Source of the DNA: Antedon mediterranea
Taxonomy: Eukaryota > Animalia > Echinodermata
Length of the DNA stretch: 64,000 nucleotides
Assembly (NCBI RefSeq): GCF_964355755.1
Contig: NC_092670.1
Span: forward strand, 37,684,388 to 37,748,387
Reading direction: 5' to 3'
A program made the position numbers and the translations under genes. The notes under the pieces are model-generated. The model searched no databases and was not told the origin of the DNA. It saw nothing but the letters and a program-made list of their open reading frames with translations. Below, one piece after another: positions 1 to 13,700 of this stretch. Numbering within the stretch: position 1 is the first letter of the stretch; each line of letters begins with the position of its first letter.

Positions 1-62
1 CTACCTACATTACAGCATTGAGGCTTTATGACTACAGATGTATTTCAAGATACCAATTCAGT

Positions 63-312
63 GCTTTGGTATCCATCTTAGAATAAAGAAAGTATTTGGT
101 ATCTTTCTTAGAAGAAAGTATTGAAGAAGATAGCAATGCAGCGCTTTGGTATCCATCTTAGAATAAAGAAAGTATTTGGTATCTTTCTTAGAAGAAAGTA
201 TTGAAGAAGATAGCAATGCAGCGCTTTAGTATCCATCTTAGAATAAAGAAAGTATTTGGTATCTTTCTTAGAAGAAAGTATTGAAGAAGATAGCAATGCA
301 GCGCTTTGGTAT
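63..312. repeat. 80-bp tandem repeat, about 3 copies
   Basis: gctttggtatccatcttag recurs at 63, 143, 223 and partially at 303. Confidence 0.9.
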
Positions 313-3300
313 CGTAATAGAAGACATATATTTCAAAAGAAGATACTCAACACTCTCGACAAATGTGTCATACTTAAGCTAACATCTAATTTAATTTCAG
401 AAACCAAGACATTAGAATAGTAGGAAGCTCTTCATCTAATCCAATCAAGTTTTTGAAAGCATTGCAACCAAAAAATTATCTTGGATCGTAGTTTGATTGT
501 TATAATCGTTCTGTAAGATTATAAAGATGGGATGTTTGATTTATGCAATGTTATATTCACTAAGCAACGTCCGTTCTGGCTCTCATTAATCATAATAAAA
601 GGGTCAAAGACTTCGGATTTTAGCTAGAGAAGAATGAATTTATTTATTTCAATTTGTCACAGTTAATTAGAGCATACATTTAGTATCTTTTTCATCTTTA
701 TCTTGTGTTATACCAGTGGTTTGTGATGTTTTTTCTACCACTTTACAAGCTCTCTTGAAGACATGTTTACTCTCTCATGTCTGAAAAGAAATGATGATGG
801 TGGTTTGTGGGGAGACTCCCACCTGAGGACATAGTTCATGGACTATACCACTTGTGGAGAGGGGTGTTCAATTAAAATTTCTACTTTTTGAGGTATATCT
901 CGCTCTTTGAAGAGAAAGGGCTATTGTCGGTTTATCCAGGTAACCTAGCACTCATAGACTACCAACACCACTGTTGGTTTGTGTATTCTACATTCTTATT
1001 ATTATTCGTACCTTTCATGTACGTCATCAACACATTTACTGGCAACGTTAAATTACTATGCGATTGTATAGCCTAGAAGATGTCATTTGTGTTAATCAGT
1101 TGAAAATCAATAAGAAGATGTAAGGATGACCTGTTGTGCTACATTGGTATGACATGAGTTACTTTAAATGTATTCGTTGCTAGTGTAAAGTAAATATTAG
1201 TACTGTATACTTAAATCTTAAAAGGATTGAATCATAAGAATTGATTTGTCCATGATTTGTCACTGTAGTAACAACATTAAAGTAATTTAAAGTACAAGTG
1301 ATATTCATAAATTAAATGTGAAAATTTTATATAAATTATTTACAGTAGTCCTAATTGAAATATAATGGAGCATACTGTATGTAGAAATTAAAGTTTTAAA
1401 TGCTTGTGTACAATATTTAATTAGTTACCTAGTATAGGTTATCATTACTGAATTCACCCTCTAGGGACAGGCCGAATCCACATGATGTAGTAATAAGCCG
1501 GGTATTAATAGTTGAAGCTGCTCGAGGGTTAATCACCCTTAATGTAGTGTTATCACCGACAGTCTGAAACAACATTCAGTTGAGCCGAGATGAACAGATG
1601 TAGAATCCCCTAGGGATGTTCACCTGAGCTAGGCCTAGCCTACCTGATCTGGCTTGATGAGGATGATCTGAAATGGAATCAAAGAAAGCTCTTAAAATAC
1701 ACATGGGTCTGTATCGGATGTTAGTTTTTATGATGAATATAATTAATATGCTGTTTAATCATTTTTCATTAAGAATTTGGCATCATCTAATTGATGCACA
1801 TGGTTGTTATATAAATTAATGTTGTTAAACCAGTAAAGTCATCTGAATGTGCGGACATTCTGATGGACTCACTTGGTGTGTGTGTCACAGTCTGTGATAC
1901 TTCCAGTACCTATTTGTACACCTGATAAATTTGAAGTTACTTAATTAATTATGCACCAATTTATCTATTGAGAATTCAAAAATATCAGTAACATAGTACC
2001 AGATCAAGCCTTTATTTCCATAATTGTTTTGTAATCTTTTTTTTTACAAAAAAATGTTTCCTATACATATTTTTCTTGCCACCAATTTCAACTTTACCAT
2101 ACAGATTTGCAGGTTTTAATGTTCTTGTTAAATCATTTGAAAGAGTTTAACATTTTCACCTGTTTCAGAGATCTATATACCATGTTAGTCTAACAATAAC
2201 AATTTGCATTCATCTAATAAGTAATTCTGTGATATTTTTGCTGGTTGATATTCATCTATTGTTATAGTAGTAAAGGTAAAATGGCAAATAATTAGTTACT
2301 GTAACTTGATTCATACCTAAAGACTTTCCCAAATTCCAATTTGACTAGTGTAGAGAGTGCCCTAGCCCACAAGCCTTTTTGCTAACCCACTACTAAAGTA
2401 TGCTTAGCAAGTAAACTTATTTTTAAACACTGTTATATTGCGACCTGTTTTTTTAATTTTTCATTAGCTCATTGAAACAAAGCGGTTACCGTTAGCCCAA
2501 GGTGTTTTTTACTAGATATTTGCATACTGAGTGTTGGGCAAGCAAAGTGCATTTACCTTAATGAACCTTTATATCAATTATTGTGTGCTCAATGAACAGT
2601 CATATATTTTTCTACCCAGGCTTCTTATCTGAAAATCCTTGTGCGCAATTTGCCAATCTCAATTTAATATTCATCCACTTTATTATTATTATCTTATTAT
2701 AAGTTGCACCACAAACACACCAGCTAATTCTTCTAAATCGAATCATTCTTGATTTCATTACTTGGTTTTGATTTATTTGCTGTACACGTCATTGAGAAGT
2801 TTCTTTTAACAGTCTTATCGCATTTCCAGGTTATGATGACCAAACCATAGAGGATGCTATAATAATTTGTTTAGAATTACAAACCAACTAATAGAGGGCG
2901 TTTACTTCAAAATATAACTTGGTAGAGTTGACAGATATACTGTACCAGCAGACTACAGTCAAGAGTACTGTACACATGGACGTTCTTTAGATACTGTGTT
3001 ATTTATGCTTTGGTACGTCTACCAACGTCTATAAGATCATGTACTAGTTGACAAAAATGAAGAAATGACATCAATATTTATAGAACTTTTGGTTTTCTTG
3101 ATTGATTTAATCAATTCCTTTGCCATTTTATGATGCAATAAAAATCTTGTTTTTTATTGCATTTTTATTGAATTTTTTAGAAAATTTAAACTAAATAATA
3201 AGGCTTATTATAAAAGAGATTAAGCTGTCTTTTGCCTTCTTTTCAATGCAATTCACACCTGTCAAAGGGTTAGGGTTAGTTAGTGCCATACTTAATATAC

Positions 3301-3734
3301 AATGCCGACTTTGTGCTTTGATAGAAATCATTTTTAAGTGTTAAGATCAAGTGTTCATTGCTTCAATCTAACAATCTAAGCACCTTTCAGCATTCCCCTT
3401 AGGCTATGTCAAATAAATGTCTCTTGTGACGCCTTAACAGTAGCTTTTACATTCTTGTATAAAAATATTTTATAACAAATGAAAGTATGCCATTCAGTGG
3501 CAGATTCTTGCATATTGTTAGGGCTAGTACAAAGTTAATACAACTCTGGTGAAGTAGTTTTCAGTTAAGGTTTTTCTGTATACAGTATTACATATTTTAA
3601 TAAAACAGTTTCTTAAAAAAAACTTAAAATAAAACTTAAATAGAAACTTAAAATAAAACTCTTGAAAGAGTTTCTATAACTGCATCATTAATAACTGAAA
3701 CATACCAATAAATAAATAATGATTATCAATACAT

Positions 3735-4520
3735 AATGTGAATAAGACATGATGCAGCCCATTATGTATTGTAAATAAGACATGATGCAGCCCATTATAT
3801 AATGTGAATAAGACATGATGCAGCCCATTATGTATTGTGAATAAGACATGATACAGCCCATTATGTATTGTGAATAAGACATGATGCAGCCCATTATGTA
3901 TTGTGAATAAGACATGATGCAGCCCATTATGTATTGTGAATAAGACATGATGCAGCCCATTATGTAATGTGAATAAGACATGATGCAGCCCATTATGTAA
4001 TGTGAATAAGACATGATGCAGCCCATTATGTAATGTGAATAAGACATGATGCAGCCCATTATGTAATGTGAATAAGACATGATGCAGCCCATTATGTAAT
4101 GTGAATAAGACATGATGCAGCCCATTATGTAATGTGAATAAGACATGATGCAGCCCATTATGTAATGTGAATAAGACATGATGCAGCCCATTATGTAATG
4201 TGAATAAGACATGATGCAGCCCATTATGTAATGTGAATAAGACATGATGCAGCCCATTATGTAATGTGAATAAGACATGATGCAGCCCATTATGTATTGT
4301 GAATAAGACATGATGCAGCCCATTATGTAATGTGAATAAATAAGACATGATCCAGCCCATTATGTATTGTGAATAAGACATGATGCAGCCCATTATGTAT
4401 TGTGAATAAGACATGATGCAGCCCATTATGTAATGTGAATAAATAAGACATGATCCAGCCCATTATGTATTGTGAATAAATAAGACATGATGCAGCCCAC
4501 TATGAGTTATTGTGAATAAA
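3735..4520. repeat. 33-bp minisatellite (tgtgaataagacatgatgcagcccattatgtaa), about 23 copies
   Basis: Directly visible; explains ORFs 3674..4426 and 3688..4323. Confidence 0.97.
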
Positions 4521-4639
4521 CATCATGACCCAAATTCTATTTATTGTAAATTTGAAAACATATTTATTGTCAATAAAACATGATCTCCATTTATATTGTG
4601 AAATAAAGTATTAATTTAAAAACTTGTTTGCCTGTTTAG

Positions 4640-4770
4640 ATTACTAGTTGGCGCACCTATCTATGATGATAACAAGAAAGAAGGGAATGTACAGCGACCT
4701 GGTGATGTTTTTAGATGTCCGTATACAACCCAATTCGATGATTGTGTCGCCTTAGGTGTAGATGTAACAG
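4640..4770 (+). CDS. integrin alpha exon (LLVGAP...RPGDVFRCP)
   Basis: tttag acceptor, G|gtatat donor, FG-GAP 1. Confidence 0.9.
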
Positions 4771-7700
4771 GTATATTGCATTATTCAAGATTGTTCAATT
4801 GTTTGTGAGGGGTGGAATAGTAAAAGTTTATCTCAAAACATAGTAGATTGGCCTACTGTACAGTGTGCCACAGTGGGGCTTAGTTCCTGGGTAGATACAG
4901 CAGTTTAAAGTATAGAATACATAAACACTGGAAGCTTTATCATTATATTGTGAAGGGTTGAAATATAATTTCAATTAAAACAATTTAGACTACCTTTATT
5001 ACTATTCCATTAAAAAATGTTATGCTGTCTTTTACTCAGATAATAGTGATAATCCTGTAGAAAACAAAACGGACCAATGGCTGGGAGTAAATGTCCGCAG
5101 TCAGGGGCCAGGAGGTCTCATTGTGGTAAGATTCTGCTTTTTTTTTAACCCTTTATCGTATTTCTGGACCGTAGCTTTGCGCTTGGATTCAAATTAAGTT
5201 GAATTTGGGTAGATTTTCCTCAATGCAAAATTACTGTGGAGTGGAGTAATGGCTTGGTGGTTATGATGCTTGGCTACCACTCCAAGGGTCCTAGGTTCAA
5301 GTCCTGTCACATGTCAGGATTTTTTATATGAACAAAATTTACACCTCCACTCCGAAAGAATTATAATAAGACTTTGTTTATGTAGAGCATCTTGTGTATA
5401 TGTTTATATTGTGAACCTATGAGGGTCCCTAATGATCAGCAATTGCTGGATGGATCACCCTTATTAAATATGTATATCCTCGGGTAAAGTCCCACCTCAG
5501 GTATAGTCCCACCTCAGGTTTAATCCCACCCCTTACTTTATGTCATAAACAGGCATATCCTCGGGTATATTCCCAGTATTTACTTTTTGTCTGGATGTAG
5601 GCCTCTCGCTACCCAGTTCAGATGAGTTTTATAAGAAATGCTTACCAATCATTTTTTTCCTGAACCTGGTATAGTCCCATCCCTCAAAATCTAGGGGTGG
5701 GATTATACCAGAGGATATACAATACTTTTTGTGTTCATTCAGTCTTTATAATGTTTATAATATTAACAAAACTTGAATTTCCTTCTTATATCAAACAAAC
5801 ATTTCATCATAAGCTATTTGTTGTATTGTTTCGTAGACATGTGCTCACAGATACAGAGTAAAAGAAAGTGAGGAGGTAGAAGATATATGGGGTCTTGGCA
5901 AGTGTTACATTATCAAACAGAATATATACGACTTAGAATTTGTACCGGGCCCTGAAACAAAAAGATGGACTCCTTGTTCAAACAAAGACATGACCGTTGA
6001 AAAATATGGATACTGTCAGGCGGGCACAGGTTTAGGGTTGGATACATATGTAAAAAATGAGGTAATTATGACAGTTATGCTTCACAAATACATAGAAAAC
6101 CAACCGTGCAGCCGTATTTATTCAAATAAACACTTCCCCAGGGCATTTATGGGCATTTATTGTTCAGAAGAGTGGAGTTGGTGGGGGGGTGGGGGACCGA
6201 TTTAATCGAGGGAGGCGTTTATTTGGGGAGGCATTTGTTTTAGTGTAATATAGTAACATGTATAATCAAATAAATAACCCCTAGATATGAAAAAATACAC
6301 AGTAAACAATTAACACAATTATTATCAGTAAGTGATAAAATACAGTAAAAATCAAAATGCTTGGTAAATTTGTAGATCATGTGTTTAAGTTTGACTTAAT
6401 TTTGTGATAAGAAAGTTGCTGTGGATTTCAATATTTTTGGCAGGTACACAGGCCGGAATGCATTTGAAGATAAAGTGCTGTTAATACATTCCATGGGTTG
6501 AGAGAAAGACATTGGTAAAACAGTGCTTTTAATGTGATATTTATTCCTTCTTGTTCTCTTCAGGTAAAAGAAACGGACATGTACATGGCTATTGGTGCCC
6601 CTGGTTCTCATCAATTTAGCGGCTCTACCTTTGCTAAAGATATAAGTGTATATGGTCTAGGCAGTCAAACCTCGATTCGAGGCACTCCTGATGATCGTAT
6701 TGTAACCCAGGGGTATAGTGGTATGTTTTTTATACATTAGTATATTACAATGTTATTTATAATCTTCATTATACACTGTTCATCACAGCCTCTCCCAGGG
6801 TAGTGCTCTGAGCCTCTTCCAGGGTAGTGCTCTGAGCCTGTTCCAGAGTAGTGCTCTGAGCCTCTTTCAGAATAGTGCTCTGAGCCTCTTTCAGAATAGT
6901 GCTCTGAGCCTTTCCCAGGGTAGTGCTCTGAGCCTCTTCCAGGGTAGTGCTCCGAGCCTCTTCCAGGGTAGTGCTCCGAGCCTCTTCCAGGATAGTGCTC
7001 TGAGCCTCTTCCGGGGTAGTGCTCTGAGCCTCTTCCGGGGTAGTGCATTGAGCCTCTTCCAGGGAAGTGCTCTGAACCTCTTCCAGGGTAGTGCTCTGAG
7101 CCTCTTCCAGGGTAGTATTCTGAGCCTCTCCAGGGTAGTGCCCTCAGCTACTCCCATTGTAGTGCCCTCAGCCACCCCCAGGGTGGTTATCTAAATAAAT
7201 ATTATCTGAGACTTACAAACAATGAAACATACTACTTACAAACGAGCATGAATTGACACCTAAATAAGATAAATTGAACCAGCTATCCCTCAAACACAAA
7301 CATAAATGTTTAACAGATCCTACCTAATTTTTATTTATCTACAGGTTTTTCGATTTCTGTGGGTAATCAAAATTCCAAGACAGAACCCTTTTTTGTATCA
7401 GGAGCTCCCCGAATGAATGGGACTGGTGTTGTCCAAATCCTGGTGACTGAAAGCCAATTGAAAGATCTAGCGGTACACCAGTCACTCTATGGCATAAATT
7501 TAACAGAATCTTTTGGTTATGAGACTGTAGTAATTGATATTAATGGAGATGGGTAAGCAGAAAGGCTTTTATTTCGATCTTTTTGTAGTGGTTTAGCTCT
7601 AGCTAGGCTAAATGTATCTATAATATCTATTTGACAGCAAAACCTGGAGTTAAAAATGAAAATTTTTTAATTTGTTTATCGTTTGCGAGGCCCTAAGACC

Positions 7701-10700
7701 ATGCATATGTTAAGGAATCGAACGTGGAAGAATATCTATATAAATCTTTTCCATATGTTCACAATGAAGGTCATAGTTGATCGCAAATTTGAAACGCTCC
7801 CTTATTAATTGGAGTACCATAACTTTTTTTTGTTGCCACAAACTCAAAAAGATTTTTTACATTACATTTATTTTCTTGTGTTTTTGCATTGAAGGCTGGA
7901 AGATATTGTAGTTGGAGCGCCTATGCATTATGACAGGAAGGAATTGATTGGTGGAAGAATTTACATTTTTTTAAACAATGGATCGGTAATTTTATTAATG
8001 TTTCACCGAATAAAAGATGAAATTAGAAATGTTATCACTGAAAGTTTTTTCAGTTTTTATGAGTAATAATATGGACTTATTGGGCTAAATGAGTGGACTA
8101 ACAGAATTATTACAATCATTTTTTTTTGTTAGTCTGGTACTTATTTCGGAAGTGGCAATACCGGTATGTACAACCAGTACATTGATGGACCATTAGATTC
8201 AATGTTCGGACTGTCTCTGGCTAACCTCCGTGATATAAATGGGGACAAGGCTGAAGGTAATTTATTTCTACATGAGATTATGAACTAGTAACAGTAGAGC
8301 CAATGGGACACCCCTATTCGCAAAACATCCAGTTTAAAAAGAGATTTTCCGTGAAACGAATGAGAAATATATGTTTTAACCCCTTTGTAGATCTACTATA
8401 TTCTGTCCACATCTGGGTGCATCTCTGCATTGAATTATCTAGACAATTTTTCAAATCTTCTTTGCATTCTGCTTGTAATAAAAAATTCATTAATTGCTCA
8501 TGCACTAATTACAACCCACATGTGTACAAAAATAAGATGTTTCCGCTCAGGATAGATACAGATTCTATATAGGACAAGCTACGTGGTTTTCCGGTTATTA
8601 CGTTACCGCTCATAAATTGGCCTTTACAGAGACTTCAATATACTGTAAAAAGTGCAGTAGAATTTTTCTATTACTATGAAAACAGCAAAACAATTACTAC
8701 AGAAAATGTTTGTTTTTTATAGAATTGGTAGTTGGAGCTCCATATGAAAACAATGGCGAAGGGGCAGTTTATATATTTATGGGTCAAACAGATGGAAAAA
8801 TTAGAGATCCAATACAGAAGATTACCCCCAAAACATTGAACAAGGACCTCAAAGGAGCGCCTTTCCCGAATGCCACATTTGGATATTCACTTTCTGCAGG
8901 CATGGACATGGACAATAATGGTTCACCCGACGTACTCATTGGGGCATTTGAGTCCAACTCTGTTATTTTGCTACGGTAAGGTTTTTTTTTACATATTATA
9001 TTTCAATTCGCAATCAACAGCAGGGAGCCCGCCATTTACTGACTGGAATACATAAAAACACAAGCCAAATGAACATCAACCAAGTCCACAAGAACCAATT
9101 ACAAGCAATTCTTAATTGTGGATTTAAGATAAACAATTAAAGAAAATATCAATAGTGGAGTTAAAAGCAATAAATCTGTTTTTAAGAATATTGAGTCAAC
9201 AAAAAGAAATATGAAAAAGATAAAAAGATCCTTCTTCTTTTGATGTTAACTCTACAGTACAAAAATAAACGGTCGTCGTCGAAGCAAACTCTGATCAGAG
9301 AGTGGCTTCGCTAACAGTATTCTGAAACCATCCCCTGTCTTCTGACATCCTACTTTGCTTACTCCATAGAGCCAAACACATCTGTTATGGTCTTTTCCCA
9401 TTTGTTTCTTCTCATCCTTGGAATATAAGCCTCTACAGTACAATCATAATCACCACCACAACCACAGCATCATACATAGCATACAGCTTAGCACAAAAAT
9501 TAGAGAATTAAGAACGTTTTATTTCATTTCAGAACAAGACCTATTATAAATCCAACGTTTGAGATTACTGTTAATCCCGAAGAAATTGAATCTAATACTT
9601 TAACATGCCCTGTTCAAGGTATCGATAAACAATGGTGAGTTTAAAAAAAAAATGTTGTTTTTATTAAAACTATTCCTATCTTGACTTTTAAAAATGAATT
9701 GCATTCTCTATTTGAAAAAGAGGCAGTATTTCAACCGGAGCCTAGAAAAGTCATCCACGTATAATAACCAAACTTCATATATTAGCATATTATAATGATT
9801 TAATTTGTTTTTCAGTTTTACTGTGTCATTGGTATTACAATATTTATCACCAGGTCTTTTTGATGAAGCAGTAGGTAAAGAAATCACAATAATATTTTGA
9901 TATACCATATTTATTCGAATAAACGCCCTGCTTTGAATAAACGCCTCCCTGAAATATCTACAATTTACCAAGCATTTTGATAACATTTTTACAGTATTTT
10001 ATCACTTCTTAATATTTATTGTGTTGTATTTTTCATATCTATAGGTATTTATTTATTATACATGAATACCATATTACACCCAAAAAAATAAACGCCTCCC
10101 TTGAATAATTTATTCCAATAAATACGGTAATCTAATTACTGTTCTAATGTGGGCCTGATTATAATTTACAAATTGTCAAGGACATTATCATCTTTTTAAC
10201 CATATATTTATATTTAAAATTTGTTTTTAAGATATATTGTCCCCCCAAAAAAAACAGTATTTCACATTTTTTTTATGCCATTTTTAAATGTCACATAATA
10301 GTTATTCACATTGACCAAAAACTAGATTGAAAAAAATTATTTACCTAAAACAAAAATGTAATTGAAAGCAAAACATAATTAAATTGTCTGTCAGACAATT
10401 TGGGTTTTTTTTGACAGAAACGAAAAACTTTAAATTAAAACTGCAAATGGCCTATTTAAAGCCTGATTTTATTAAGCATTTTTCATGTTTTTAGGGGACA
10501 ATACATCTTTAAGGAGTAGCTCTTTACAAGCCACATGAAATTCACTCAAGGGCCATATTTGGCTCAATCAATTAATTAAACTTTATACTTTTTTAGATGT
10601 TGATCTTCTTTTGGAAGCTGATGTTGATAGAGTAATGGAAGGCAAATCTTCTCGCGTATCGTTTAGAAAAACTCAAGAAGATGGCAAGCCATTACACACA

Positions 10701-13700
10701 GTAAAAACAAGAATAGTGCTTCCTGGTGCAGAAAGAGACGTTATCACTGAAGAATACGTATTAGTCTTTGAGGTAGATATTGTATCCCTTTCACACCAAA
10801 AGCAAAACGCCGGAGACACTCCGGAGTTGACGCCCCTCCGGGAAAATAATAAATAGTATAAATAAAACATTTTTTAAAGAATTAAAAAAAAAAAAATGTT
10901 AAATTAAATATATTATCAATTAAAATGATTCTGATGATCGTCGCTATGTAAACAAACAAAATAGAAAGCAATATTGACGATTTTATTTTAAAACCCCCGA
11001 CCCCCGACCAACGACCAACGACCAACGACCCCCGACCCCCGACCCCGACCCCGAGACTACAAGATTAGAACATGTTAACAGTATTCCGATGTACAAACAA
11101 TACATATCCCATTTTTTAAAGTTTATCTTTAATTTCTAAACAGAAACTTTGTGATCTTTTCTTTTCTGAATTATGTTATCCTGCCTAAATATGTTTTAAT
11201 AAATAAATAAATAATATATAAAATGTTTTTGTTGTTTAAAGAAACCTTATGATGACATTTTTTCATCAATTGTTATTCGTGCAACCGTTAGCCTGCCAAT
11301 GGTCAATGCAACTATGCCAGAGCCTGGAGAAGAAGTGCCATCTCTATCAGCTTTTGCTATTCTAGATCCACACACAATTGAGACAAAAGTTACCTTGGTA
11401 AGGCCTCAAAAGAATATTTGTAAAAGTTTTTAAAATTAAATTGCCAATATTTGAACTTAATTGGGAAGGATTTGTATATTGACGTTATAAGTATTGTTTT
11501 CATTATAATAGGTTTGGTTGGAATATGGACAATTTCTTAGGGCCTAATTACCATGTTGTTAAGTCTACAGTGACCGTTCCTTTTCTTATAAAAATATTAT
11601 CTATTAAGCATTTTCCTAGAGTAGAAAATGAATACGAAGGTTCCGATCAAGTTGTCCCTAAACCATCTCGGCCAAAGTCAAGTCGGTCCCGCATTAACTC
11701 GTGCCCCACTGCAACTCAAGTCAAACTTTGACTGAGATGGTTTAAGGCCGACTTGGACTAAAATTATTCTAACAGTAACAAACAATATTATGTCCACAAA
11801 CACTAGGCGAAGAGCATCAATCAGTTTTTTTACAAATTATTGTTTTTGCAGGTTAAATTTAAAAAAAGATGCGATCAAGATGACGGTGTTTGTATAACAG
11901 ATTTGAGAGTTAATGCCGCCCTGGATTTACCAATGTATGTTTTAAGCCCTCTCTACACTATAAAACTTTATGTGACGAAAAAAATGTGATGTGCCCATAT
12001 ATGATGTCATATCACCACCATATTTGAGCACATCACACATTTTTTGACAAACTAGTTTGATAGTGTAGACAGATCTTTAAATCACTTTCTTTACACATCC
12101 TTTATTTATTTCCGCCAAGTAAAGAAAGCAATATATGATTTAATTAACATTTTTTGCTTACCAATCATTTTTTCCTGAACCAGGGTTTCCTTGGGTATAT
12201 TATACCAGAGGATATACGGTATGTTATGTTGTATATTTATAAATTATTTTACAGAGGTCGTGATGGGTTACCAATCTTTACTTACGGAATACAGTCAAAA
12301 ATAAATATGAAACTGAATGTTGATAACTTGCTCGAAGATGCTTATTTTGCTGAGGTGATAATTGAAAAAACAGATATATTGGATTTTGATACGGTAGGTA
12401 TTTTTCAACCAACAGAGATATATAGCAAATATATATATCAATTCAGTTTTGGAAGTTGAAAGATATAACAATTCTAAAGCTCTGTCTATGCTATCAAACT
12501 AGTTTAAATTCTACCCAAATATGGTATTGATATTCCCAAATATGGTAGTGATATGACATCCTCATGTTCATATATGGGCACATAACATTTTTAGTCACGT
12601 ACAAACGCAACTCTACAGCTCACTATGTCGTTCGGTTGGTCGGTAAACACTAACTCGAATTTGCACACGCAACTGCATCCATGTATATGGCCTTGTTCTG
12701 TCACATAAAGTTTGAATGTAGACAACTATCTAATCTCCTTAAAAAAAAAACTATGAAGGCATGGAGAGCGTGGTGATCCTGCCGGCATTGTGGGAAGGCA
12801 GATAGTAATTATTTATATAAATATGGCAAAATGTATGAAGAGAATATCAAGGTTTGGTGAACAAAAGTTTAAATTTTACAGCTTTTTTATTATTCTAAAT
12901 ATACACTTAATTGAATGGCGTATATTCTATGTTTGTTGTTCTCAGGACTCATCAGGTATCTGTAAGCAAGATGAAGATAATTCGGCCATTATAAAATGCC
13001 ATCTTGGAAATCCATTTGAAGAAAAAGATCAGGTTGGTCCACACAATTTCTTTGTTTTGTAACCAAAAAATATTTTCTAGTAAATAAATAAATACTAGTA
13101 CTGGTAATTTGACTTTTTTTTTTTATTATTATTTATGTTACAGAAAATGACAACTTTAACTTTTACAAATAAAGAAATTAAAGCAAATCAAGGCTCCCTT
13201 GATTTTAACATCACGGCAACCACGTAAGTTTTTATTGAATATAATTTAAAAGTAAGTTCACTCTTGTCATTGTTTTGTACCCAAATATGGTAATGATATG
13301 ACATAATTTTCTCCATATATTGGCATTTCATAACTAGTTTGATAGTGTAGACAGAGCTTTAGTTTTACCATTTCTAGTTCCCAACCTCTTTTTCAATATC
13401 CTGGATCTTCCATTGACATGTGGAGGAACTGTAAAAGTAGTAGAATGATTTGGAACCTTGTTTGTCATTTTAATCTTAAAGCTCTGTGTACACTATCAAA
13501 CTAGTTTGACAAAAAAGTAGTGATATACTTAAATATGGTAGTGATGCACTTAAATATGGTAGTGATATACTTGAATATGGTAGTAATATGACATCATCAT
13601 GTCCATATATGGACACATCACATTTTTTGTCACATAAAGTTTGATAGTCTAGACGGAGCTTAACATAAGCAATTATGTTATCAGATTCTGTTATCCTTCA

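Noticed and set aside
3674-4426. 250-aa and 211-aa repetitive ORFs, and a CRISPR-like appearance
   Set aside because: A pure 33-bp tandem repeat with no unique spacers, inside an intron; the ORFs are artefacts of the repeat.
5239-5320. Possible tRNA gene
   Set aside because: A and B boxes are present, but the acceptor stem does not pair and a SINE body follows.
6737-7175. HYPGRGSE and RLRALPW repeat ORFs
   Set aside because: A 24-bp intronic minisatellite read antisense.
6062-7344. Search for ITGA6/7-style mutually exclusive X1/X2 extracellular exons
   Set aside because: No second phase-compatible homologous exon was found in these introns.
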